From Trichomonas gallinae (lineage: Eukaryota), in the NCBI GenBank assembly GCA_008369845.1, contig MRSU01001175.1, forward strand, positions 1 to 32,274: a stretch of 32,274 nucleotides of DNA. The letters are read 5' to 3'. Made by a program: the position numbers and the translations under genes. The notes below the pieces were generated by a model that was not told where the DNA came from, searched no databases, and worked only from the letters and a program-made list of their open reading frames with translations. Every line of letters begins with the position of its first letter. Position 1 is the stretch's first letter. This document shows, piece by piece, positions 9,721 through 19,965 of this stretch.

Positions 9721-10108
9721 GCGATTAGCTCGAGTTCTAAATGATTTCAAGCAAAACACACACATACTACTAATGTATTCAAAAATATAATAGCCTGTAA
9801 AATCAATTAAAAATATATTAAATTTATTCTCAACAAATTCATTGTAAATGACATTTTGATAATTTGACAAATTATTACTCTTATCATATGTGAACCATCT
9901 TAATATACTATGTTTTCGATCTAAAACACGTTTTATATCACAAATCTTTTTTGATTAAGTCTCATTAAAAACAAAGATGTTTTGCTATTTTTTGTCAATC
10001 ATTTGATGAATTTAAATTTGGATGCATATTACAAACAAACATTTACGTTGATATTTGATCATAAAAATCAATATGCAGTTATTATACCAGTGTTTATAGG
10101 TTGACATT

Positions 10109-11083
10109 TTACATAGAAATAATACAAGGAAATAATGAGAATAAGAAAGCAATGAGCTCCGATTTACGCGAAGTTGTTATTTGTTTTTTCATGTGAAGCA
10201 GCAGAGGAAAATCAGCAACACAATTTTCTGTTGAAAGATGATGCAGACTGAGAACAAGTTGATTTACTGTGTTAAGACTAACAGAACTACCTGATGTTGT
10301 ATCAACATTAGTATTATCAAGAAAACATTGATCAACAACTATGTTTCCATATTGATTGAAGAACAAAGATGGACCAAAATTTGATGAGAAAACACAGAAA
10401 CTGATTTGAAGAAGATAACAGTAACCATAAACAATTCCATAATTATTATTGTTTCTGTTGCGAGTATTATTAATAACATTGCAGCGATAAATAGATTGAT
10501 TTTTATAATTATGATACAAGACACTAAGATTGTCAGCTGTGTTATTAAAGATTGAAGTGAAATTTATTCGATGAGATGATGGATGATAACAACCATAAGC
10601 AGCATTAGAATTACATTTTGCATAAGAAATATTTATAGAGTCAATCAGCTGATCTCCATCTAAAAGACAGACACAACTCCTATATCCTTTGCTTTCAGAA
10701 ATAGAACTTTCTATTATGTAATTTTCTTTTGTTGTTTCAACAAGGGAATGACAACCTTTTTTATTAAAAACCGAAGAATTTATGCTGCAAACGTGGTATT
10801 GGATGCATGATCCAAATTTGACGTAGATAGATCCGCCATCTTCTGTGGAATATGAATTAAAAAAGAATGATTTTGATACAAGGATCTTTTCATCAGCTGT
10901 GCTTGTGATATTAATTACACCGGATTGGCCGAGTTCTTCAAAAATGACTTCTTTGACATATGTATCTCCTGGAGTGTTGATAATTTGCGATGATTCATAC
11001 AATATAGGGTTGATGTCTGAGTCATAAAATCGGTCCCATGTTGGGTCTTGTTTGTTGAAAGAGAGAAATTGAAGCAAAATGTA
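10109..11083 (-). pseudogene. Cys/Asn-rich beta-helix-like (Pmp/pectin-lyase-like) family member; intact frame but no in-frame ATG start
   Basis: Frame of ~322 codons, clearly paralogous to 19966-20985 (shared ILVS.SFFF.S.STE.GGSI, VCSINS, GCHS, NISYA, INFTSI.NNTAD, YRCNVINN, LLQISFC.FSSN, DQCFLDN, NQLVL.LHHL). In-frame TAA at 11084-11086 is followed by TAC ATT TTG. The only Met codons are near the C-terminus. Confidence 0.65.
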
Positions 11084-11595
11084 TTATTGTCGATGTAATT
11101 CGTTGTATGGATGATTTTTTCGATATGTATAACGCAGTGTAATCGATTTATTAAAAGGAAATTTTGTTTTCGATTTAATTTCTATGTAAAAGAGTATCAT
11201 TTCTATCAATAATAACTATTTATCATCGATTTGTCTTAGTAGCGAATTAAAATATCTGCACTAAATTTGTTCCATTCAACGCAGATTTTGCGTTTTTATA
11301 ATTTTTTATATTTTTTTTCTATCGATTTCAACGGTTTTTTATTTATGAAATTTTTTTGCTATAAAGTGAAATAAGTTTAAATAGTCTCTAACGTGTTTAC
11401 ACCGTAAGATTTTTCTGCCAGTATATTTCATTATCTATTGTATCCGGTCATTCAACGGAAAACGATTTGTCTGAAGAAAATTTAATCTATAATTTTTTTG
11501 TTTCTTTGGAAACTTGCAGGCGATTTGATTATTTTGAGATGAATATTTATTAGTATAACTATATCCATATCTTGTGAAATAGCATTTGAACGCAG

Positions 11596-11711
11596 AAATT
11601 GTCAGATCTATTAGAAAAGTGTCTACAACATTTTTACAACGTCAAATTGTCAGATATATTAGAAAAGTGACGGGTATAAATGACATTGTAAATTTACAAA
11701 CGTCAAATTGT
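11596..11711. repeat. Short imperfect direct repeats plus a 14-bp palindrome
   Basis: AAATTGTCAGAT(C/A)TATTAGAAAAGTG at 11596-11621 and 11644-11669 (25/26 identical). TTTACAA(A)CGTCAAATTGT occurs twice. TTGTAAATTTACAA palindrome at 11686-11699. Confidence 0.8.
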
Positions 11712-11763
11712 TAATCAGGGGGTGCATCGAAATTTTATAAATTAAAGAACACAATTTTGATCA

Positions 11764-11940
11764 ATTCTCAGTCTCAACGAGTGTAATGAGCCAGTGATGC
11801 TCTTGCCCTGATTGAGAATGGGAGCTGGCACATTGATTTTTCTCAGAATGAGCTTCAATTTGCGAATTATATTCGGAATGTTTCGATGTCCTAACCATCC
11901 TCGATTTTAACCAATGCTGTTGAGCCCGTAAAATATTTTT
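11764..11940 (+). ncRNA. Candidate structured non-coding RNA, family unassigned
   Basis: About 42% GC island (hand count over 11761-11930) within much more AT-rich flanks. Terminal pairing 11773-11784 with 11914-11924, internal hairpins, G-U pairs favouring the + strand, and T runs downstream. Confidence 0.3.
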
Positions 11941-12010
11941 GGTCAATTTTTTTAATAAATCGGGAAATAAATCAATACTAAATATAAAAATAATTTTTTA
12001 TGTTTTTATT

Positions 12011-12015
12011 TCATT
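12011..12015 (+). promoter_or_regulatory. Initiator (Inr)-like element TCATT
   Basis: Matches the trichomonad Inr consensus TCA(Y)(W), 12 nt before ATG 12028, in a pyrimidine-rich context. Confidence 0.55.
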
Positions 12016-12027
12016 TTAATCTTCAAG

Positions 12028-15000
12028 ATGGATGAATTAAGTGATATTCTTGCGATGCAGAGAAATATTCCGAAGTATATCAGTACTAACAAGGTGTCGC
12101 CGGTTTATTCATCACTGAATCAGTTTTTCACGCAAGTTCCGAAATATGAAAAACCAAAATTATTCTCCATTTTCAAAGACAAGGGAAATAATGTCGAGCT
12201 TGTTGTAAAAGAGAAACTATTCTTAACCAGTCTTTGCGAGAAAAAAGATATTGAAGGAATTATTCATTTTTTCACCCAAAAACCAGAAGTAATCTCAGAA
12301 GGTGTTAAGCTATTGACAGCCAAGAACCTAATCGAAATGTACAAATCAAAATATTACAACGATTACCTTATGTTTACCATTGAATCAAATGATGTTGAAC
12401 TTCTTAAATTCACATTATTCGATATGAAAGAGAAGAAATCTATTTTTAGCAGCAAAAACATTAATTCAGCAATCGAATACCTCAAAAACTCTGGATATTT
12501 AACGCCTTTGTCTTTCGATTACGTTACTTCTTCACATTTCGGCATCGAACACAAGCTTCCATATGATTTTATTGGATCTGCAACATCGCTTGCATCCAGT
12601 GAGTCATCAGTTTTCATTGGCTCAAATTCGAATCATATTATCGTTTTTCAATCGCCAGGTTGCTCTCATCATTTTCAACCTTACAATATCTCGTTAGAAG
12701 AAATCAAAATACAACAACCATTTTCTATTTGTAACATTGATACCAATTTATTTATATTCACGCAATATCAGGTTTACAGTTATAACATCGAGAATAAGAA
12801 ATTCACATTGATTGTTAACAAGAGGAAAGAAAATCATCCAGTCTGCACTGATGGTCGCAATTTTTATTCGGTCGATATTTATAATAGCAAAGTAACTTTC
12901 TTTGGCATCGATTCTCACAACAAAGTCGTCTCCGAGAAGACAATTAAGCTTCAAATCAACTCACAAACAATGAGAATTACTGACAAAGAATGGAACATTC
13001 CGATGGCAACTAACGGTACATTCCTTTCCATCTTAGTTCGCAACGACAACCAGCAGATGTTCTATATTTTCTCCCTCATAACAGGTGACTTACTCTACAC
13101 TGAACCAATTTTAGCAATTCCTAAAATCGATGCATTTACGATCGCTCCATATTCGGGAAGAACTGTTGTCTTCAATGCGAAAGATTTAACTATTTTCCCA
13201 TCACCTCATAACATTCCTAAATATCAATTCAACACAATATTCCCTCATTCACCAGACTCCAAGTCGTTCTCTGATCATCTCTACATCGCCCTTTATCAAG
13301 GCAGACAAATGTTCTACAATGGTGATCCAAAATTCACTCTTGAAATTTTTAATAAATATCTAAAAGATAACAATGAAAAAGGCATCAACATTGCTCTTCA
13401 GCTTCTCATGCACCAAGATTTAGCACTCAACGCAGAAGCTAACGCAATGTTGCTTGAATTTGCTAAGAAAGCATCACCTGAAATGCAGCGAGCAGCATTA
13501 TCTACTTTCTTCATGTGGATTCGCAACAATTCAAATCCGGACAAAAAAGTTCAGCTTCCAAATGTTTGCAATTATTTATTCGAGCAAAAATTAAATTTGG
13601 ATATGGTCTTTTGTTTCTTCGATTGCATCAACTTCCGCACATTTAAATTATCATTGTCGGCCGTCAGCAACATGATCCTTTATTTGCTGATGAATATCGA
13701 TAAATTCCCACTTCAATGCGAGTCAATTATCAAACCATTCCTCATTAAATATTTCCCAAAGCACTTCTCGAGAGATTTCAAAGAAATGTTTTTAATTTGC
13801 GACACATTAATCAATATAATCAGAATGAGCATTACTAAAGTATCGACGAAGCAGATGCCTCCAGAAATATTCTTCAAAACAGTGCAATTCAGGCTCTGGA
13901 AAGTTTTAATTTACGAATTATACCAAATCAAAGAAAAGATGATCGAACATGCAGAAGAACTCATTCTTCCACTGAATTTCTTAACTACAGAGCCATTGGA
14001 AGAAACGCAGAATTCATTCCCAACAATACAAATGGTCGCTAATACGTTGTTTTTGTTCTGTTATTTATTATTTAATTTGCCACATAGAAAATATGAATCA
14101 TTATTCACTACAATCGAAGATTTCTACAAAGAATTCGATCACCCACTTTCAAGAAAGTATCCTGAAGTTGATGAAAGACTGTTTTTGGCATTAAACGGAG
14201 CATACGATATAGATGACAAAGAAACATTCTTCAAGTTATTCTGCAATTTAAGAAGATATTTAGTATTCGAAAATCCATCAGGAAAACAAAGACTTAAATA
14301 CAAGTTTGAGAACCTTTCTTATACTTCATCATCTGTAGAACATTTCTTCAAGACAGGCACACCAAAGTTCATGTACCCTTTGTTGCAAGAAAACTGCATC
14401 AAGAAGATGATCGAAACATCAACAGAAAGAGATGTAAAATATTTCCCATGGGAATTTGAAGTAATCTTCTTCGGTCACCTTCCGAACATAATCAGAAGAG
14501 CACAAGACTTCATACAAGACGTCAACAGATCGAAGCTCGCCAAATTCATTCAGATGTTTAGATATCCTTATGCATTTCCAGCTGAAATTTTGTCAGCTGC
14601 AAAAATTTCAGTAGATGTCGCCGGCGTCCACACTCTTCCTCTTGAGACAATGATCGACAGAAACTTGCAGTTGAAAGGACTCCCGCCAATCCATGATCCA
14701 GCAGATGCAATCAAACTCTTGAAAGAAATAGATTATTCAAATTTGGAAGTTTCGCTATTTAGAGCTGCACTTTTGTGGCTCTACGGAATCCAAATGAAAG
14801 GCCAAAATATTTTCGAAGATATTTCAGATGTTTTTATCAATAGTGTTATGATTGGCTCATGCAGAACAATCGAAATACTCATGGCTGGTTTGCAATATGA
14901 CAATTGTTCATCAGAAGAATCTAAAACAGTCTTTAGATATCTTCTTAAAATCTTGACAGCATATTGCTATGGACAAATTGTTCTCAAAAACATTCACGAA

Positions 15001-17766
15001 GCAACAGAAATATCAAATGCAATTTTATGTATAACAGATGCATTAAGGAAGCATGTCGCAAGAAAAGACAGTTATTTCATGAAATTATTGACAGAATTCA
15101 TCAACGAAGATGATAAAAACTTTGCAACTTCATGCTTGATATTCCAGAATTGCATTGATGTCATCAGGCTGAATGTCAAAGCCAAAGTTGTCTTTAGCAC
15201 AGGAGAAACAGTATCAGGAACAATTGTTGAGTTAGAAGAAGGTAATTTTGTTTTACAAAGCGAAAATGAAGATATTAAAGTCAAAGAATCAGATGTTGAT
15301 CATATCTGGTGCTACCCTAATACAGAGATTCATCCAGATAACTTCAATTTACAATTTTTCGCTGATAAGTTTATCTCTTTGAAACCAGGAAGTGAAGTTG
15401 CTGAAATGATGTTTTGTGCTTCTTTCTTGTTCTTCTCACAATCAGCCAAATTCAGATGCTTGATTCCAATTTCTAATGCAGAGAAATTCTTTGCCAAAGA
15501 TTTCTCAAATTTTGCAAGAAAATCTGTTGTTTTACAATTCTTCAATTCAATACCTGGATACTATTCTTCTTCTTTACCAGATTTTGCCTTTTCTGCAATC
15601 AACGATGATGCAAGTTTGCCTCGAGGAATGAAGAGTGGAGTAATCTCAACAATGTTTTTGTCAGAGTCATTCACAAGTTGTCCTATTTATCCATTTGCTG
15701 CTTCAAGAATCACAATGACAATTCGTGGAAATGAATCAGTTCAAGCAGCTTTAAGTCTAAGAGTTGCATCATATGGATCATCATCAGATTCGAGATTTGA
15801 AATGAATCAAATTGATATCGAAATGGCGAAATTCGACGAGCGTCAAATTGTCGTAGAAATTAGGCCAAGTATCAGCAGTGTAGTTGTTACTGTTGATGGT
15901 GTTGATGAGCACAAATCATTCTTTTCTCCATCAACAGAGTTCATTTATTTGATTGCTAGAGTCGGCAGATTAGTTTTAATTGATTACAAATTCGAAGAGC
16001 TTCCTCAAGAAAAATTCCTTGAGAGAGATGAATTTAATTTCAAGAATTCTGTCTTAAAGATTGCTCAAAACGATTTCAACATTCCATGCATTGAAAGTGC
16101 GATTTATAACAAATATTTATTCGCAGACAGAAAGAATTTAGTCATCAATTCTATGAAACAATTAATATCAGCATTATTTAATGTTCCTATGAATGCTAAT
16201 CAGTTCTTTGGCGTCATGAGGAACTCCAACTGTTTTCCATTCGAAGAGTCAATTGAGATAGAAGGCGTAATGCAGACATACCTTTGGATGGATGGAGCAT
16301 CAATATTCTCTAAATACGCGAAATCCTTCAAATGCGAAGATAATGAAATTTACAAACATGTTAAAAAGCGTCTGAAGCAAATTAAAATGCTTGACTCAAA
16401 TAACAGGTCATGCATTTTGATTCCTCCAAACAATCCAATTTATCTTTCGAATTGCTATGTTTTTTCCAAGGAATCTGCCGTCCCACTGAAAATGGTTGGC
16501 GTCGAAAAGATGGGAATTTTGTCGTCTCATCTTTCTATGGCTGTTCCTTACAACAACATCGATGGAACTATTTTTGATGTTGTCCTTATGATAAGACACT
16601 CTTTGCGCTTCCTTAATTACGAAGAAATCATGAAGATTAACAAAGCAATGAAGAAATTAGTTGCAAATAGAAAGTATTATGATTCCATTTTTGGAAAATT
16701 GATCAAATTCATCGAATCAACTTTCTGCAAAGTTCCACAAAACGACGAAATTGTTTCATTCAACAAAGAATGCTTCTTAACCAAGAGCAAAACATTCACA
16801 GACAATATCGAAAAATTCATCAAGCTCTTCTATCTTTTCTCAGGAAAAGAATCGAAGTTCGATGGAAAATCAGCATCAGTCAATGAGATAGGCGACATTA
16901 TCATCGGCATCAAAACAGATGAAGAGCCAGGAAAGTTTATTATCATTGACCAAGATGTCAAGACTGAAATCATCGCTGGTAATTTTATTATTTTGCGTAA
17001 TGTTTCAAATCCAACAGTTAAAACTACATCAAGTCTTTACGATCTTACAAAATACACAGTATTATACAATAAGCTTCCAGATATAAGTATGCTGATTAAA
17101 GAAATCCCACAGTGGACAATCAGACACTCCCAGCAGCTTTTGCAGATTTTCCCAGAAGTTTTCGATCAAAATGTTTTCCAAAATATTCCTCTTTCCTCAA
17201 GATTCAGCGCTGAAACATGCCAGTTCATGTATTCGCTGCTCAAATCTCTCTCATCATCGAATCTTCAGATTATTTCTTCTCATATAACTTCAAGAATTGA
17301 AACAGCACGAGATGATAAGGAAACAACGATTTTACCATCACGCGATAAATACAACTCTCCGTCTCGTATTGCATTCCTCAAGGCGACAAAACAATCGTTG
17401 CTCTCAACAAATGATTACAGGACTCAGCTTCTGAATCACATCGGACCACAAAACTTCGGCATCCGCAGGAGTTTGGATAGCATCATTATCATGGTTGATG
17501 GCAGCCGTGAACAGCAGGGATGGATGAAGCGTTACGTTGAAGGTATGAAGGAATACACATTCATTGTCTTCGTCGAGTTCACGACTGGCTCATTTGACAT
17601 CTCTAAGCTTCAGAAAACGAAACTTTGCATCAGATTTGTTTCTAATGAAAACTTGATCGAAAACTTTCCAAATGATCTTCTTCTCAATGTTGGTAAGTTT
17701 AAGACAGAATCAGATTTCCACAAATCTTTCAACTCTGTTCTCCAGAAATATGACGAAAGTGTTTAA
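12028..17766 (+). CDS. Large hypothetical protein, 1912 aa; beta-rich N-terminal region and possible degenerate HECT-like C-terminus
   Basis: Uninterrupted 5.7-kb ORF with Inr-like motif upstream and stop in TAAA. The C-terminus WMKRYVEGM..VFVEFTTGS..KLCIRFV..LLLNVGKFKTESDFHKSFNSVL resembles the HECT C-lobe pattern. The CDS is secure; the domain call is tentative. Confidence 0.9.
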   Translation: MDELSDILAMQRNIPKYISTNKVSPVYSSLNQFFTQVPKYEKPKLFSIFKDKGNNVELVVKEKLFLTSLCEKKDIEGIIHFFTQKPEVISEGVKLLTAKNLIEMYKSKYYNDYLMFTIESNDVELLKFTLFDMKEKKSIFSSKNINSAIEYLKNSGYLTPLSFDYVTSSHFGIEHKLPYDFIGSATSLASSESSVFIGSNSNHIIVFQSPGCSHHFQPYNISLEEIKIQQPFSICNIDTNLFIFTQYQVYSYNIENKKFTLIVNKRKENHPVCTDGRNFYSVDIYNSKVTFFGIDSHNKVVSEKTIKLQINSQTMRITDKEWNIPMATNGTFLSILVRNDNQQMFYIFSLITGDLLYTEPILAIPKIDAFTIAPYSGRTVVFNAKDLTIFPSPHNIPKYQFNTIFPHSPDSKSFSDHLYIALYQGRQMFYNGDPKFTLEIFNKYLKDNNEKGINIALQLLMHQDLALNAEANAMLLEFAKKASPEMQRAALSTFFMWIRNNSNPDKKVQLPNVCNYLFEQKLNLDMVFCFFDCINFRTFKLSLSAVSNMILYLLMNIDKFPLQCESIIKPFLIKYFPKHFSRDFKEMFLICDTLINIIRMSITKVSTKQMPPEIFFKTVQFRLWKVLIYELYQIKEKMIEHAEELILPLNFLTTEPLEETQNSFPTIQMVANTLFLFCYLLFNLPHRKYESLFTTIEDFYKEFDHPLSRKYPEVDERLFLALNGAYDIDDKETFFKLFCNLRRYLVFENPSGKQRLKYKFENLSYTSSSVEHFFKTGTPKFMYPLLQENCIKKMIETSTERDVKYFPWEFEVIFFGHLPNIIRRAQDFIQDVNRSKLAKFIQMFRYPYAFPAEILSAAKISVDVAGVHTLPLETMIDRNLQLKGLPPIHDPADAIKLLKEIDYSNLEVSLFRAALLWLYGIQMKGQNIFEDISDVFINSVMIGSCRTIEILMAGLQYDNCSSEESKTVFRYLLKILTAYCYGQIVLKNIHEATEISNAILCITDALRKHVARKDSYFMKLLTEFINEDDKNFATSCLIFQNCIDVIRLNVKAKVVFSTGETVSGTIVELEEGNFVLQSENEDIKVKESDVDHIWCYPNTEIHPDNFNLQFFADKFISLKPGSEVAEMMFCASFLFFSQSAKFRCLIPISNAEKFFAKDFSNFARKSVVLQFFNSIPGYYSSSLPDFAFSAINDDASLPRGMKSGVISTMFLSESFTSCPIYPFAASRITMTIRGNESVQAALSLRVASYGSSSDSRFEMNQIDIEMAKFDERQIVVEIRPSISSVVVTVDGVDEHKSFFSPSTEFIYLIARVGRLVLIDYKFEELPQEKFLERDEFNFKNSVLKIAQNDFNIPCIESAIYNKYLFADRKNLVINSMKQLISALFNVPMNANQFFGVMRNSNCFPFEESIEIEGVMQTYLWMDGASIFSKYAKSFKCEDNEIYKHVKKRLKQIKMLDSNNRSCILIPPNNPIYLSNCYVFSKESAVPLKMVGVEKMGILSSHLSMAVPYNNIDGTIFDVVLMIRHSLRFLNYEEIMKINKAMKKLVANRKYYDSIFGKLIKFIESTFCKVPQNDEIVSFNKECFLTKSKTFTDNIEKFIKLFYLFSGKESKFDGKSASVNEIGDIIIGIKTDEEPGKFIIIDQDVKTEIIAGNFIILRNVSNPTVKTTSSLYDLTKYTVLYNKLPDISMLIKEIPQWTIRHSQQLLQIFPEVFDQNVFQNIPLSSRFSAETCQFMYSLLKSLSSSNLQIISSHITSRIETARDDKETTILPSRDKYNSPSRIAFLKATKQSLLSTNDYRTQLLNHIGPQNFGIRRSLDSIIIMVDGSREQQGWMKRYVEGMKEYTFIVFVEFTTGSFDISKLQKTKLCIRFVSNENLIENFPNDLLLNVGKFKTESDFHKSFNSVLQKYDESV

Positions 17767-18438
17767 AATAATTTTCTTATTATTTATTTATTTATCATGC
17801 TAAATAATAATAAAAATATGGATATTTTGAATGATGTAAGTTCTAATTTTTGCAAAATTACCTTCATACAATGAGAAGAATATTAATTTATCGTGGGAAA
17901 TGTTGCAGATTAGATTACTTTAGTATTTATTAGTGAATCAGAAGAAGAATTATATTTCTTCATTATCATAAATGTGTATTAACGACAATTTTGAACGAAG
18001 AATAGTGTTTAAAATTGTGAAAAGTGAGACTGAAATCGCCATTTTCTTAAACATTATTCTTCAAAATGCATCTTTCATTTTATGATGTAAAAACAAAAGT
18101 GAAATAAGGATTTTTTTCTCGATGACAGAAAAGTAAACTCTTAGCAATACCAGAATAGATAATTGAGTGGCTTCAGAAGCCAATAGATTTAACAGTTGGT
18201 GCACAATCAATGTTATGCATAAGGAAACAATAGTTATCTAAAGAAAGTGAAGATATTTCATTTTTTTTTTTGGAACATTATAATATTGTGAAGTTAATAA
18301 ATTCATGATCCATTGCATTCATATGATACATATATGCTACTTTATAAATACGGAACTGCTTTCTGCAATACCAAAATTTCAATTTTAGATTTTTAAGCTT
18401 AAAAATAGTAAATATATAGACAAATGCTATGTGTAGTG

Positions 18439-18443
18439 TCATT
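18439..18443 (+). promoter_or_regulatory. Inr-like element TCATT
   Basis: Lies between ATG 18429 and ATG 18459, which favours 18459 as the start codon. Confidence 0.45.
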
Positions 18444-18458
18444 ATTGACCGAAATTTG

Positions 18459-19757
18459 ATGAGTTTCCAATTTTGGTCAAACAAAATTTGTTTTTACACA
18501 AAAAAAATTATTAGCAACGAAATTTTGCCTCTTCCCGACAATCTCAGCGAATTTTCCCAGTTCGTGAGTGTCGGAGACTTCGATGTGCCTCTACAAATGT
18601 CAATTGTAGAGAAAATGGACGCACATTTAGACAAATTTCGTATTGCAGTTGAATCTTCAAAGAAAAAGCTCGATAAACTGGCAGTCCCTAAACCACCTAA
18701 ATATCCTACATCAGTTGTTCGTCGATGTTTAGTTCTTGAAAGTTTTTATTTTAAATATTGTCGAAAATTTTTGAAAATGCAAGCAGAAGCTTGCGAATAT
18801 GTCATTAATACAGCTACTCAAATGTATTCATACATTACAACTGATCCAAGACTGCATATTAACAATATTAAATTTTTAAATTACCTAGAAAACAAAAAGA
18901 AAGAAGACTCAGCTTACATGCTACTCAAGGATAGGCGTGTAGCTATTAAAATCAAATACAAGAAGTATAAACTTAAAATCGAAAAAATTGGTTATAATTA
19001 CAAGCAACAAATCAAAAACTCATTGATTCAAGCTATAAGCGATTTCGATCAGATGACAAGTTATTATGAACCTTCCGAAATCGATGATATTGTTGCAAAT
19101 TATTTAATGGCATCAGAAATGAGTCATTTGATTTATCCTGCAGCAAAAATGATTGCTTGCGGTCAAACTAGTGCTGCTGTTATGACGATTGAATCATTAT
19201 TTGTTGACTTTTGCAAATTATTGAATATAACAGAAGAAATTTCACGAATAATCATATATACATCAATGATTAGATTTTTATTCGATCAAGCTTACGTTAT
19301 TGAGCCAGAACTGTTCAAGCATTCGAAAGAAGATGCAATTTTCTTGATTAAAGCAGAAGAATTCTCAAACAGATCAATAAGAGACATGAAACTGTCAAGT
19401 GACATACAGAGATACTACACACCAGGTCTAAAAATTGGAGCATTGTTCAACCAGAAACAGATTGATATGCTCAGGCAGCTTGAGTTCATCACTAACCCAA
19501 TAGATTTGTCTAAGCATATCCACGGAATCACATTGTCTCTTGCCAACTTCTTCGGGAGTGAAACAGGCGTTTTATCATTTGATGATGAAATGACACTGAT
19601 CTTGGCACTGACAGCAAGAGCACCTCCAGCGAACACTGTTTCAATCGTCAGGTTCCTAGAGCGTTGGAAAGGCATCACAATCGATTCAATGGTTTCACAG
19701 TCTAAGAATTTCTTCATCGCAGCTGTTGACCAACTCATGACTGAAGAGAACATATGA
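18459..19757 (+). CDS. Protein with a divergent C-terminal VPS9-like (Rab5-family GEF) domain
   Basis: C-terminal pattern IDMLRQLEFITNPIDLSKHI...LSFDDEMTLILALTARAPPANTVSIVRFLERW...NFFIAAVDQL follows the VPS9 consensus (SP.DKL..I; ADD.LP.L.YV...NP..L.S...YI; AA..FI). Start placed at the second ATG because of the Inr position. Confidence 0.75.
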   Translation: MSFQFWSNKICFYTKKIISNEILPLPDNLSEFSQFVSVGDFDVPLQMSIVEKMDAHLDKFRIAVESSKKKLDKLAVPKPPKYPTSVVRRCLVLESFYFKYCRKFLKMQAEACEYVINTATQMYSYITTDPRLHINNIKFLNYLENKKKEDSAYMLLKDRRVAIKIKYKKYKLKIEKIGYNYKQQIKNSLIQAISDFDQMTSYYEPSEIDDIVANYLMASEMSHLIYPAAKMIACGQTSAAVMTIESLFVDFCKLLNITEEISRIIIYTSMIRFLFDQAYVIEPELFKHSKEDAIFLIKAEEFSNRSIRDMKLSSDIQRYYTPGLKIGALFNQKQIDMLRQLEFITNPIDLSKHIHGITLSLANFFGSETGVLSFDDEMTLILALTARAPPANTVSIVRFLERWKGITIDSMVSQSKNFFIAAVDQLMTEENI

Positions 19758-19965
19758 CACTAGCAAAACATATATAGAATATATTTTTGTTTGATAAAAA
19801 TTTGAATTTTTTTTTTAAAAATCATTTCAATTTGATTATTTTGGATGTATGCGTTGTTGCTAGTAGAGCAAAACAAACTTGCCCATTAATGCACACTATT
19901 TTTTTTTTTTAATAATGAAGATGTAATTCAGAAATCATGTTTTTCGGCTTTATCTCTCTCTTCGT

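Noticed and set aside
11890..11896. CCTAACC as a telomerase template
   Set aside because: Only 7 nt, shorter than the ~1.5 repeats expected; chance cannot be excluded.
11761..11946. 61-aa minus-strand ORF over the GC island
   Set aside because: TTG start, short, no protein-like motif; not supported as a CDS.
18168..18182. TGGCTTC-A-GAAGCCA palindrome
   Set aside because: Single short occurrence; spacing does not fit a heat-shock element (TTCnnGAA); no other support.
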